NCBI GenBank assembly: GCA_022822495.1
Contig: JAJEBQ010000040.1
Span: forward strand, 1,905 to 65,904
From: Paracoccaceae bacterium
Lineage (GTDB): Bacteria; Pseudomonadota; Alphaproteobacteria; Rhodobacterales; Rhodobacteraceae
Direction: 5' to 3'
DNA: 64,000 nt
Made by a program: the position numbers and the translations under genes. The notes under the pieces were generated by a model that was not told the DNA's origin, made no database searches, and worked only from the letters and a program-made list of their open reading frames with translations. Numbering within the stretch: position 1 is the stretch's first letter; the number at the start of each line of letters is the position of its first letter. Shown one piece after another: positions 29,755 to 38,413 of this stretch.

Positions 29755-30552
29755 TCAATTAGATAAAGAAAAAAGATAGATTATCAGCGAACTGGCAATC
29801 AATACAATGCCCAAAGGCTTGGAAATGTATTTTCCTAAATCAGGTAGTTTTTCAAGAGTAATAATTAAAGTCATGAGTCCCATCCAGGCAATATTCATCA
29901 ACCCGGTAATTAGGCATAAAGCCATCAGAAAAAAACAACATCCCAAACACCAGACTGCAAATCTTGTTCCTGTGAAAAATTCTCTAAGCAACCCGACCTC
30001 ACCCCGTGCTAGAAATATCAACAATGGATTGCGGCAATAGGTTAAACACCGATCCTTGATACTGAGCAGCTGGTAAACCCCGGCTACAAAGAACAACAAA
30101 ACAATGGGATAAACCGTTGACTCGGCAGAGCTTGAAGACAGAATATTTGTCGAAATTAGAACCATCTGGAGGAATGTCATAATCACCGCATATGTTATCC
30201 ATACAGCGACATAACCTCCTATCAATAGCCAAAATCCTGCCAGTGAACCTGAACCAGTTGTCCTTAAATCCTCATAAACCTTTAATGTTGGTATAAAGCT
30301 CGGTAACATCATAGCCAGGGACATCATCCCCCACATACCAAAAAGAAATACGAAATCTATTTGATGATTATGGGGATAAATCAAGGCCGTAACAACACCA
30401 GTCCAATCAGTCAGGGGAAAATTATGGTGGAACTGAGCTGTGCTCAAAAGAAAAAGTCCAACCCAAGCACCTATAATCAGTAGGTAAACAACTGCCCAGT
30501 GAAGTTCAAATAACACGGGAAGCCAATACCTGGGGTTCATAGATCTAGTCAA
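29755..30552 (-). CDS. DUF2182-family predicted metal-binding integral membrane protein
   Basis: Polytopic membrane protein with the WGMMSLAMMLPS motif typical of DUF2182. 7-nt gap to the DUF1326 gene, its usual partner. Confidence 0.65.
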   Translation of the reverse strand: MTRSMNPRYWLPVLFELHWAVVYLLIIGAWVGLFLLSTAQFHHNFPLTDWTGVVTALIYPHNHQIDFVFLFGMWGMMSLAMMLPSFIPTLKVYEDLRTTGSGSLAGFWLLIGGYVAVWITYAVIMTFLQMVLISTNILSSSSAESTVYPIVLLFFVAGVYQLLSIKDRCLTYCRNPLLIFLARGEVGLLREFFTGTRFAVWCLGCCFFLMALCLITGLMNIAWMGLMTLIITLEKLPDLGKYISKPLGIVLIASSLIIYLFSLSN

Positions 30553-30593
30553 TTGCTACTTTCCCCAAGCATGTGGGTTTGAACAAAATTTAG

Positions 30594-30670
30594 TGGCGCG
30601 GCTGACGGGACTCGAACCCGCGACCTCTGGCGTGACAGGCCAGCACTCTAACCAACTGAGCTACAGCCGC
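30594..30670 (-). tRNA. tRNA-Asp (anticodon GTC), CCA encoded
   Basis: Reverse complement GCGGCTGTAGCTCAGTTGGTTAGAGTGCTGGCCTGTCACGCCAGAGGTCGCGGGTTCGAGTCCCGTCAGCCGCGCCA folds as a canonical cloverleaf. Confidence 0.9.
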
Positions 30671-30766
30671 ATATTTGTTTCGTGACTTTTCATAATTAAG
30701 GTTTAATCCTTTGTCAAGGTATTCCTTTTCTAAGGAATTTAAATCCTGAATATGATGCACGTCAAA

Positions 30767-30841
30767 TGGTGGGTGATGAGAGATTCGAACTCCCGGCCTC
30801 TTCGGTGTAAACGAAATGCTCTACCACTGAGCTAATCACCC
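30767..30841 (-). tRNA. tRNA-Val (anticodon TAC), CCA encoded
   Basis: Reverse complement GGGTGATTAGCTCAGTGGTAGAGCATTTCGTTTACACCGAAGAGGCCGGGAGTTCGAATCTCTCATCACCCACCA. Canonical fold with T-loop TTCGAAT. Confidence 0.9.
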
Positions 30842-30913
30842 TCCAACTCATTTTGCTTTGTGTTTTGTCTACACCATTTGGAACAATAAATTGGAATTTC
30901 AATACACTGATAC

Positions 30914-30988
30914 CGGTGGGTGATGAGGAGACTCGATCTCCTGACCCCTTCGGCGTGGACGAAATGCTCTACCACTGAGCTAATCACC
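30914..30988 (-). tRNA. tRNA-Val(CAC)-like, atypical copy, possible pseudogene
   Basis: The first 31 nt are identical to the neighbouring tRNA-Val. The anticodon loop TCCACGC has C instead of U at position 33. The T-loop is ATCGAGT. There is an extra C between the T-stem and the acceptor stem. The 3' end is CCG, not CCA. Confidence 0.45.
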
Positions 30989-31013
30989 CTCATTGTGGCT
31001 GAATTAAGAAAAT

Positions 31014-33389
31014 TTAGTTGATGGTAGCCTGATGGCTGGATTCAGCGCTTTCTATCTTGATTGTATCCAAAGGTCTTGGTTTTTCAGTCAACGCAATTTT
31101 CAGAACATCGAAAACATTTGCGACAGGAATGATTTCCAAGGGTTCCTTAATATCATCAGAAATCTCAAACAAATCTTTCTTGTTGCCTTCAGGTATTATG
31201 ACAGTCTTGATACCACCTCTGACGGCTGCAAGCAGTTTTGCTTTCAACCCACCTATCGGTAGGACACGTCCTCTGAGGGTAACCTCACCCGTCATTGCAA
31301 CATCTTTTCTAATGGGAATGCCGGTTAATACTGACACAACCGAAGTTACCATGCCAACGCCCGCTGAGGGCCCCTCTTTTGGTGTGGCACCTTCTGGAAC
31401 GTGGAAATGAATGTCAATTTTCTCATACTTCGAGGGTTCGACTCCTATTTGATGCGAGATTGACTGCACATAGGAAGTCGCGGCCGTAATGGATTCCTTC
31501 ATAACCTTGCCCAAAGTTCCAGTGGCATTCATCTTGCCACTACCTGGTACTACCGTTGATTCGATCAGTAACAAGTCACCGCCAGATTGGGTCCACGCGA
31601 GGCCGGTGGCAACTCCAATACTGTCTTTTTCTTCAGCAAGACCATATCGGAATTTTTCCAGGCCAAGAAAACTCTCAAGGTTTTTGAGATTGACACTGAC
31701 TTTTTTTGTATCGCCACGAACAATCATGGTCAGGGATTTTCGCATGGCCTTCTCGATTTCACGCTTGAGGTTTCGAACGCCAGCCTCACGCGTGTATTTG
31801 CGGATGATTTCTTCCACTGCCCGATCGCTGATTTTGAATTCACTCGACTTTATGCCCTGCGTTTCCTTTAATTCTGGAATTAAGTGGTTTTTGGCAATCT
31901 GCAGTTTTTCATCTTCGGTATACCCATCAAGATGAATAATTTCCATTCTGTCCCTCAGGGGTTCGGGGATATGATGCAGATAATTGGCTGTGGTAATAAA
32001 CATAACCTCAGAGAGGTCATAATCAACATCCAGGTAGTTATCATGAAATTTGCTGTTTTGTTCAGGATCAAGAACTTCCAACATGGCACTGGCGGGGTCA
32101 CCCCTTGCGGCACCCATTTTATCAATTTCATCCAAAAGAATAAGTGGATTTATTGAGTTTCTCTTGCGAAATGATTTGATGATTCGGCCGGGCATCGAAC
32201 CAATATAGGTTCTTCTGTGTCCCCTGATTTCTCCCTCATCATTCAAGCCACCCAGAGATATGCGAACAAATTCCCTTCCCGTAGCTCTGGCTACAGATTG
32301 ACCAAGCGAGGTTTTACCAACCCCCGGGGGTCCAACAAGACATAATATGGAACCTCCAACATTTCCTTTTCGTTTCTGGACGGCGATGAATTCAATAATT
32401 CGTTCCTTGACCTTTTTCAGACCGAAATGGTCTTCATCCAATACTTTCTCAGCCTTGGGTATATCACTCTGTATATCCTGTCTGATGCCCCACGGAAGTT
32501 CGAGCAGCCATTCAAGATAATTACGGGAGACCTGTACTTCGGGTCCATTGGAATTGGAGGTCTTTATTTTCTTCAACTCCCCTTTGGCTTTGGCCAGGGC
32601 TTCTTCGGAAAACTTTGTTTCATTAATTCTTTTTTCGAGCTCTGCAATCTCAGAAGTTTCTTCCTGCTCACCCAATTCCTTTTGAATAGCCCTCATCTGC
32701 TCATTTAGAAAATATTCACGATGGGTTTTTTCCATTCTTGATTTAACCTTGCTCTTGATGTCCATTTCGAAATCAAGTAGCGAGATTTCGGCTTCAAGCA
32801 TTTCCAGTATATTTTTCAGCCGATTCGTAACCTTGGGATCTTCCAGCAAAGTTTGCTTCACTGATACTTCAGAATGTATGGCACCTGCGACAAGATCTGA
32901 AAATCTGGCAGGATTTTGTTCTTCTGCTACCTGTTCTGCCAATTCGTTACTGATGGTTTTTTTTACAGATGCATATTTTTTGAATGATTCACGAGCAGTT
33001 TTCAAATAAACATTTTGCTTGGCCGAGTTGTCATTTATTTCCGGATATTGTTCAACGGCGACTTCAATGAAATTTCCACTGGTAATCCATTGTTTGACCC
33101 TGACCCTGTGAAGGGCTTGCACCATGACCTTGATCGTGCCTTCTGGCAGTCGCAGGAACTGGATGATATTGGCCAATACTCCGACATGATAAACCGAATT
33201 CTCATCAGGGTCTTCAGTTGTCTGTTCTTTCTGGGCACAAAGCACCAATTGCTTTTCGGTGTTAACAGCTTTTTCCAAAGCAACTATGGACATTTCTCTT
33301 CCGACATAGAGAGGAACAACCATATGGGGAAATACAACAATATCTCTTAATGGTAAGAATGGAATTGTTTTTTCTTCTAATTTCATCAT
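31014..33389 (-). CDS. lon: ATP-dependent Lon protease
   Basis: N-terminal LPLRDIVVFPHMV, Walker A GPPGVGKTS, and protease site PKEGPSAGV. Confidence 0.95.
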   Translation of the reverse strand: MMKLEEKTIPFLPLRDIVVFPHMVVPLYVGREMSIVALEKAVNTEKQLVLCAQKEQTTEDPDENSVYHVGVLANIIQFLRLPEGTIKVMVQALHRVRVKQWITSGNFIEVAVEQYPEINDNSAKQNVYLKTARESFKKYASVKKTISNELAEQVAEEQNPARFSDLVAGAIHSEVSVKQTLLEDPKVTNRLKNILEMLEAEISLLDFEMDIKSKVKSRMEKTHREYFLNEQMRAIQKELGEQEETSEIAELEKRINETKFSEEALAKAKGELKKIKTSNSNGPEVQVSRNYLEWLLELPWGIRQDIQSDIPKAEKVLDEDHFGLKKVKERIIEFIAVQKRKGNVGGSILCLVGPPGVGKTSLGQSVARATGREFVRISLGGLNDEGEIRGHRRTYIGSMPGRIIKSFRKRNSINPLILLDEIDKMGAARGDPASAMLEVLDPEQNSKFHDNYLDVDYDLSEVMFITTANYLHHIPEPLRDRMEIIHLDGYTEDEKLQIAKNHLIPELKETQGIKSSEFKISDRAVEEIIRKYTREAGVRNLKREIEKAMRKSLTMIVRGDTKKVSVNLKNLESFLGLEKFRYGLAEEKDSIGVATGLAWTQSGGDLLLIESTVVPGSGKMNATGTLGKVMKESITAATSYVQSISHQIGVEPSKYEKIDIHFHVPEGATPKEGPSAGVGMVTSVVSVLTGIPIRKDVAMTGEVTLRGRVLPIGGLKAKLLAAVRGGIKTVIIPEGNKKDLFEISDDIKEPLEIIPVANVFDVLKIALTEKPRPLDTIKIESAESSHQATIN

Positions 33390-33505
33390 TTGGCTTTCTT
33401 AATATTTTCCTGCCAAAATACTTGGTATGAAATTTATTTATTTCAACTTCAAATCCTCAGGAATTTTTGTCGACGTAATCAAATAAACAATTCACAATAG
33501 TCTTT

Positions 33506-34606
33506 TCATTCTCTGAAATTATTAGCGAATTCGGTAAACGTACCTTCTCTAATTTTATGGCGTATCTTGGACATCAACAGCTGATAGTACCGTAGATTAT
33601 GCCACGTCATTAACATTGACGAAATAATCTCATTTGATTTAAATACATGATGAAGATATGCCCTTGTATAATTGCGACAAGCAAGGCAATCACACTTCTC
33701 ATCCAAGGGTCGATTATCGTCCCTGTATCGAGCATTCTTTATATTGATCAACCCACTCTGGGTAAAAGCCTGGCCATTTCTTCCTGATCTGGTTGGCAGA
33801 ACACAGTCAAACATGTCAATTCCACGCTTTACGGCCCCCACGATATCTCCAGGTTTACCTACACCCATCAAATATCTTGGTTTATTTTCCGGCAGATCGA
33901 CAACTGAATAATCCAAAACTTCAAACATCTTTTCCTGGCCTTCACCAACAGCCAATCCGCCTACAGCATAACCATCAAACCCAATTTTTGTTAAATGGTA
34001 AGTACTTTCTTCACGCAACTCCTTGTAGACTGATCCTTGTTGGATACCAAAAAGGGCAAAACCTGGCCTGGAGCCAAAAGCTGTTTTACTCCTAACAGCC
34101 CAACGCATGGATAACTCCATTGATTTTCTTGCGACCTTTTCTTCTACTGGATATGGGGTACATTCGTCAAAACACATGGAAATATCAGACCCGAGCAGCC
34201 TTTGTATTTCGATTGATCTTTCCGGTGATAAAAAGTGTTTTGAACCATCAATAAAGGATCTGAATTCGACTCCCCTTTCACTTAACTTGCGGAGTTTTTT
34301 CAAACTCATTACCTGAAACCCTCCTGAGTCAGTCAAAATCGGTTTATGCCAATTCATAAACCTGTGTAAACCACCCAATTGTGATATCCGTTCAGCTGTT
34401 GGGCGCAACATAAGGTGATAGGCATTACCGAGAATAATCTGGGCACCTATTCCAGCAACATTTTCAGGCAGCATTGCCTTGACTGTAGCTGATGTGCCAA
34501 CGGGCATAAACACGGGTGTATCTATAAACCCCTTGGGGGTAGATAGCCGACCTAATCGTGCGAAGCCATCTGTATTGGAAGTTTCAAAGGTAATTGAACT
34601 TGTCAT
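33506..34606 (-). CDS. tgt: Queuine tRNA-ribosyltransferase
   Basis: [18 protein letters not shown], and the Zn site [16 protein letters not shown]. Confidence 0.9.
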   Translation of the reverse strand: MTSSITFETSNTDGFARLGRLSTPKGFIDTPVFMPVGTSATVKAMLPENVAGIGAQIILGNAYHLMLRPTAERISQLGGLHRFMNWHKPILTDSGGFQVMSLKKLRKLSERGVEFRSFIDGSKHFLSPERSIEIQRLLGSDISMCFDECTPYPVEEKVARKSMELSMRWAVRSKTAFGSRPGFALFGIQQGSVYKELREESTYHLTKIGFDGYAVGGLAVGEGQEKMFEVLDYSVVDLPENKPRYLMGVGKPGDIVGAVKRGIDMFDCVLPTRSGRNGQAFTQSGLINIKNARYRDDNRPLDEKCDCLACRNYTRAYLHHVFKSNEIISSMLMTWHNLRYYQLLMSKIRHKIREGTFTEFANNFRE

Positions 34607-34688
34607 CCAGAGTTTTCTCTTTCTATGGAAATTTTGAGAAATTAAGCTATTTTTACTATACCGATCAATAATCAGGGACTAAATAAAC

Positions 34689-35048
34689 ATGTTTGATGAT
34701 GGATTGATGGAAGGTGCTCCACTAATTAAGCCCTCAAGTGTTGACCATCCGTTATATGAATCAATAGTAAATGCCTGCAGGTCAGTCTATGATCCTGAAA
34801 TCCCTGTTAATATCTATGACTTGGGTCTGATCTACACCATTGAAATAAATCAGGAACAGGATGTTCACATTATTATGACACTTACAGCACCCGGATGTCC
34901 TGTTGCAGAGGATATGCCAGGATGGTTGGCAGAAGCGGTGGTTCCACTTGAGGGAGTAAATAAAGTGGATGTTGAACTGACCTGGGATCCGCCATGGGGT
35001 ATGGAAATGATGTCAGATGAAGCACGACTAGAACTTGGATTTATGTGA
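34689..35048 (+). CDS. DUF59/SufT-like Fe-S cluster assembly protein
   Basis: VYDPEIPVNIYDLGLIY and TLTAPGCP motifs of the MIP18/DUF59 family. Confidence 0.75.
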   Translation: MFDDGLMEGAPLIKPSSVDHPLYESIVNACRSVYDPEIPVNIYDLGLIYTIEINQEQDVHIIMTLTAPGCPVAEDMPGWLAEAVVPLEGVNKVDVELTWDPPWGMEMMSDEARLELGFM

Positions 35049-35078
35049 TTTTTTTGTTATTATTGAGCAATCGTACAG

Positions 35079-35426
35079 ATGTTTGAGATCCCTGGTAAAA
35101 AAGCTGTTTCCTTAACGCCTTCTGCAGTTACTCAAATCCTGAATTTGATGAATAAGACGGATACTTTGGGGTTGAAAATCGGGGTCAAGAAAGGTGGTTG
35201 TGCAGGGATGGAATATACCATGGAATATGCGACAGCAATTGATATACATGATGAAGTTGTCGAGCAAGATGGAGCAAAAGTCATTATTGCACCCATGGCT
35301 CAAATGTTTCTGTTCGGAACAGAAATTGATTATACTTCATCGGTACTTGAAAGCGGCTTCAGATTCAATAATCCCAATGTTGCTGAAGCGTGCGGGTGCG
35401 GCGAATCAATCAAATTCAAAGAATAA
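35079..35426 (+). CDS. HesB/IscA/ErpA-family iron-sulfur cluster insertion protein
   Basis: GLKIGVKKGGCAGMEY plus the C-terminal CGCGESF-like motif (ACGCGESIKF). Confidence 0.85.
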   Translation: MFEIPGKKAVSLTPSAVTQILNLMNKTDTLGLKIGVKKGGCAGMEYTMEYATAIDIHDEVVEQDGAKVIIAPMAQMFLFGTEIDYTSSVLESGFRFNNPNVAEACGCGESIKFKE

Positions 35427-35434
35427 ATTTTTAT
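35427..35434. repeat. Target-site duplication, left copy (ATTTTTAT)
   Basis: Identical 8-mer abutting the outer edge of each terminal inverted repeat (partner at 36434-36441). Confidence 0.7.
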
Positions 35435-35596
35435 GGGGATTACATACTTGAATATACAGAAAATTTTTAGGTCTATTCATAGGCATTCCCCCCTAAACAC
35501 TAATATTTTAATCCGAATATAGGTTTTAGGTATCAAACGTTATTACTGTGTATCACCAATTGGAATCCATTAATATTGGATTTAGAGGATAATACT

Positions 35597-36244
35597 ATGC
35601 AAAAAAATCCAAATAACGTTTTTGTATATTGGGACAACTCCAATATCTTTCATGAGGCCCAAAGATTGGCAGAAGAGAATAATGGATCTACAGATGCGCG
35701 ATATAGGGTTAGGATTCACTTTAACAATTTACTCAATCTTGCCTTAGCAAACCGAACATTACAATCAGCTTTTGCAGCAGGTTCAATTCCACCCGATCTA
35801 CAGAATTTATGGAATAGATTGGAAAATGAGGGCGTAGAGGTAAGACTATTTGACAGAGGAAATTCAAATCTGGGCGAGCAGCAAGTTCCCGATGGTTGGC
35901 TTCGAGAAAGAATGCTTGAAGATGCTCTTCGAAATGATAAAAACCCTGGAATCGTAGTTTTATTGACTGGTGACGGTTCTGGGTACAGCCAAGGGAGCGG
36001 TTTTCATACTGCTCTTGAACTTCTGCATGAAAAGGGGTGGGGAATAGAATTACTTTCATGGAGACATTCTTGTAAAAGATTGATGCGAGAGTGGGTTGAA
36101 ATAAACGGGGTGTTTATTGCATTGGACGATTTTTATAATTCAATTGCCTTTCTTGAACCCTCTCGACCAGGTCAACCTCTTGCACATCCACGTGATCCTG
36201 AACAATTGGATTTAACTCGTCGGCCAACTGTCAATATGGGTTAA
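35597..36244 (+). CDS. NYN-domain (PIN-like fold) predicted nuclease
   Basis: VFVYWDNSNI (first Asp strand), QQVPDGWL and VVLLTGDGSGY...GWGIELLSW fit the NYN/LabA-like pattern. The ATG at 35597 is preceded by AGAGGA, and the track start at 35576 is a TTG extension. Confidence 0.65.
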   Translation: MQKNPNNVFVYWDNSNIFHEAQRLAEENNGSTDARYRVRIHFNNLLNLALANRTLQSAFAAGSIPPDLQNLWNRLENEGVEVRLFDRGNSNLGEQQVPDGWLRERMLEDALRNDKNPGIVVLLTGDGSGYSQGSGFHTALELLHEKGWGIELLSWRHSCKRLMREWVEINGVFIALDDFYNSIAFLEPSRPGQPLAHPRDPEQLDLTRRPTVNMG

Positions 36245-36252
36245 GCAAAAAA

Positions 36253-36325
36253 AGGGATTACCTACTTGAATATACAGAAAATTTTTAAGTCTATCCATTG
36301 GCATTCCAGAAACCCTCTAAACACT
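36253..36325. repeat. Internal direct copy of the cassette's left end (vs 35435-35501)
   Basis: GGGATTAC(A/C)TACTTGAATATACAGAAAATTTTTA(G/A)GTCTAT(T/C)CAT(A/T)GGCATTCC matches 50/54. The match continues with an indel to CCCT(CT)AAACACT. Confidence 0.85.
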
Positions 36326-36433
36326 TTCAAATTTTTTCCTCCCTACCACTGTTCTCTAACAGTAGCACTAAAAGTATTACTAACAACGATGAAAAGGGAC
36401 ACAGCAAATTGTATATCCAAGTATGCAATCCCC

Positions 36434-36441
36434 ATTTTTAT
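36434..36441. repeat. Target-site duplication, right copy (ATTTTTAT)
   Basis: See the left copy at 35427-35434. Confidence 0.7.
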
Positions 36442-36509
36442 CCCTAACACTCCTTAATGCTCACTCATTAAAATTTCTAACCAAAGTAAATCAGAAAAAT
36501 AGAGGACGT

Positions 36510-37247
36510 ATGAAAAACCTTATTGCCGGAAACTGGAAGTTGAAAGGATCGCAAAATTTGGCGGATTCCTATCTTAACCATTTATCGGAAAACAAACCTG
36601 TGAATTGTACCTTGCTCGTATGCCCGACATTCGATCTCCTTGAGTATATCAGTGAAAAATGGAGCCAGGATTTTGGATTTTTGGGTGCACAGGATTGTTA
36701 TCATGACGACAGCGCATTTAACGAGGGATTGGCATCGGCGGATAAAGTTGCAAGGACGGGTGCTGGTTATATTATCCTCGGTCATTCAGATCGAAGACAT
36801 AAATGCCAGGAAACAAGTGGGCTTGTCCGTAAGAAGGTTAATCTCGCCTGGAAACATGGATTGCTACCAATAGTTTGCGTTGGTGAAAAAAGTGAAGAAC
36901 GCAAAAGCAATTTAACCCAGGAAGTTGTTAAAAAACAAATTATTGAAAGTATTGATTTTGATCATTTGGATGGTTCCTTCGTCATAGCCTATGAACCAGT
37001 TTGGGCCATCGGTTCCGGTAACATACCAACCATGGAAGAAATTGGTATTGTGCACGATGAAATCAGAACTTTACTTATAACCAAAATTGGATCCCATCAA
37101 GGTAAAAATATCCCGATCCTTTACGGCGGTTCAGCTGATTCCAACAATGCGGAACAAATCCTTGCAGTTAACAATGTAAATGGTTTGTTGATTGGCGGAG
37201 CATCACTGGATATCAAAGGTTTTGGGACCATAATAAACAAAGCATAA
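36510..37247 (+). CDS. tpiA: Triosephosphate isomerase
   Basis: MKNLIAGNWK (catalytic Lys), GHSDRR (His), and AYEPVWAIGSG (Glu). The ATG at 36510 is preceded by AGAGGA. The track's longer ORF starts inside the mobile element. Confidence 0.9.
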   Translation: MKNLIAGNWKLKGSQNLADSYLNHLSENKPVNCTLLVCPTFDLLEYISEKWSQDFGFLGAQDCYHDDSAFNEGLASADKVARTGAGYIILGHSDRRHKCQETSGLVRKKVNLAWKHGLLPIVCVGEKSEERKSNLTQEVVKKQIIESIDFDHLDGSFVIAYEPVWAIGSGNIPTMEEIGIVHDEIRTLLITKIGSHQGKNIPILYGGSADSNNAEQILAVNNVNGLLIGGASLDIKGFGTIINKA

Positions 37248-37345
37248 GAACAAATCTGTTGGATGAAATATGTATTTCAGATTGATGAGGATATATCAGC
37301 CTCGGCCCTTAATTCATTTGACCTGTTCGGTCGAACCTCAGTTTA

Positions 37346-38413
37346 TCAGCTTATTCTAATCCTTTTCTGATCGTATATTAGTGCGGCCATGCGATAAAAT
37401 CCGTGCATCATTTTGGAATAGGGTGTGAGCAGAAAAAATGTGAGTACTGTCCCAAGATGGATTGGCAAGAACCATTCCACAAGCGAACTCCCTGTGGCTG
37501 CATAGAGCATTAGCCCAGTTGCACTGACAGAAAAAAGTAAAAGGATGAAAGCCATTTCACTTCCCCAAATTTTGGCGTGTCCCAGATCACGATCTGCCTT
37601 GGTTTTTATCCATGCCAGGCCTGCTGTTCCCAAACACAACAAAACACCTCCTGGTACTCCCAATAATTTTGGTAAACTATACCAGGTATAAGGGGCTTTC
37701 AAGCCAAACCCATAATGAAGGATTGTACCAGAACACGTAGAACCAAAACACATCATAAAACCCCAGAAGGTCATCTTGTGCAAAACAGACCGTGTTTTGG
37801 TAAAACGATCCTCGTCTTCAAAATTACAACCATCCCCATGACCACCTTTTAGATTGCGTAACGATATGGCATTTAGACTTGCCTGCCACATCTCTGCCAT
37901 AGTAATACGGCCACCTCCAATAAAATGCCAATAACGCCTGATAGCAATTCCAACTGCCAAAAGAGGTACTAGAAATGCAGGTAAAAATATTATCACCATA
38001 AGCGTATGTGACATAAAAGTATAAAAACCCTCTCCGTTGGATGGTGGTAAAGCGCTTACCAGCCAAAACAGAAAGGTAAACGACACCACCATTAGTAAGG
38101 GCATGACAACACCTGCCCGATCAAACAAATAAGCAAACCCTTGCGGCCATGATAATTGTTTCCAACTTTCTTGCCGCAGTTCACCTAGGGCAGAGGGTAA
38201 ATTCAAGGCAAATTGATGGGGTGGTGTATATTGGCAGGCATAATAGCACCCCCGGCAGTTATGGCACAAATTCGCCAACTGTAAAAGACTGCCATCTGAG
38301 AAACTACGTTCGGCAAACATGGCAGGAAAAACCGAACAATAACCTTCACAATATCGACAAGCGTTACAAATTTCCACTTGCCGACGGGACTCAACCATGG
38401 CGCTATCGAACAT
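37346..38413 (-). CDS. tcuB: Tricarballylate utilization 4Fe-4S membrane protein TcuB
   Basis: CNACRYCEGYCSVFPAM and CHNCRGCYYACQY cluster motifs followed by multiple TM helices. It lies directly after tcuA. The ATG at 38413 is chosen because of the GAAGGGG upstream. Confidence 0.8.
   Translation of the reverse strand: MFDSAMVESRRQVEICNACRYCEGYCSVFPAMFAERSFSDGSLLQLANLCHNCRGCYYACQYTPPHQFALNLPSALGELRQESWKQLSWPQGFAYLFDRAGVVMPLLMVVSFTFLFWLVSALPPSNGEGFYTFMSHTLMVIIFLPAFLVPLLAVGIAIRRYWHFIGGGRITMAEMWQASLNAISLRNLKGGHGDGCNFEDEDRFTKTRSVLHKMTFWGFMMCFGSTCSGTILHYGFGLKAPYTWYSLPKLLGVPGGVLLCLGTAGLAWIKTKADRDLGHAKIWGSEMAFILLLFSVSATGLMLYAATGSSLVEWFLPIHLGTVLTFFLLTPYSKMMHGFYRMAALIYDQKRIRIS

Larger units (their letters stand above)
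35435..36433. mobile_element. 999-bp non-autonomous transposon-like cassette (MIC-like) carrying a single NYN-domain gene
   Basis: The 23-bp imperfect TIRs GGGGATTACATACTTGAATATAC (35435-35457) and GTATATCCAAGTATGCAATCCCC (36411-36433) match 21/23 as reverse complements. They are flanked by an exact 8-bp direct repeat. No transposase-like ORF lies inside. Confidence 0.7.

Noticed and set aside
36266-36509. Track ORFs 36266-36457 (63 aa) and the N-terminal extension of the tpiA ORF starting at 36423
   Set aside because: Both lie inside or across the right end of the mobile cassette (internal left-end copy, right TIR and TSD). tpiA has a conventional ATG with an AGAGGA Shine-Dalgarno sequence at 36510 that aligns with the canonical TPI N-terminus (NWK).
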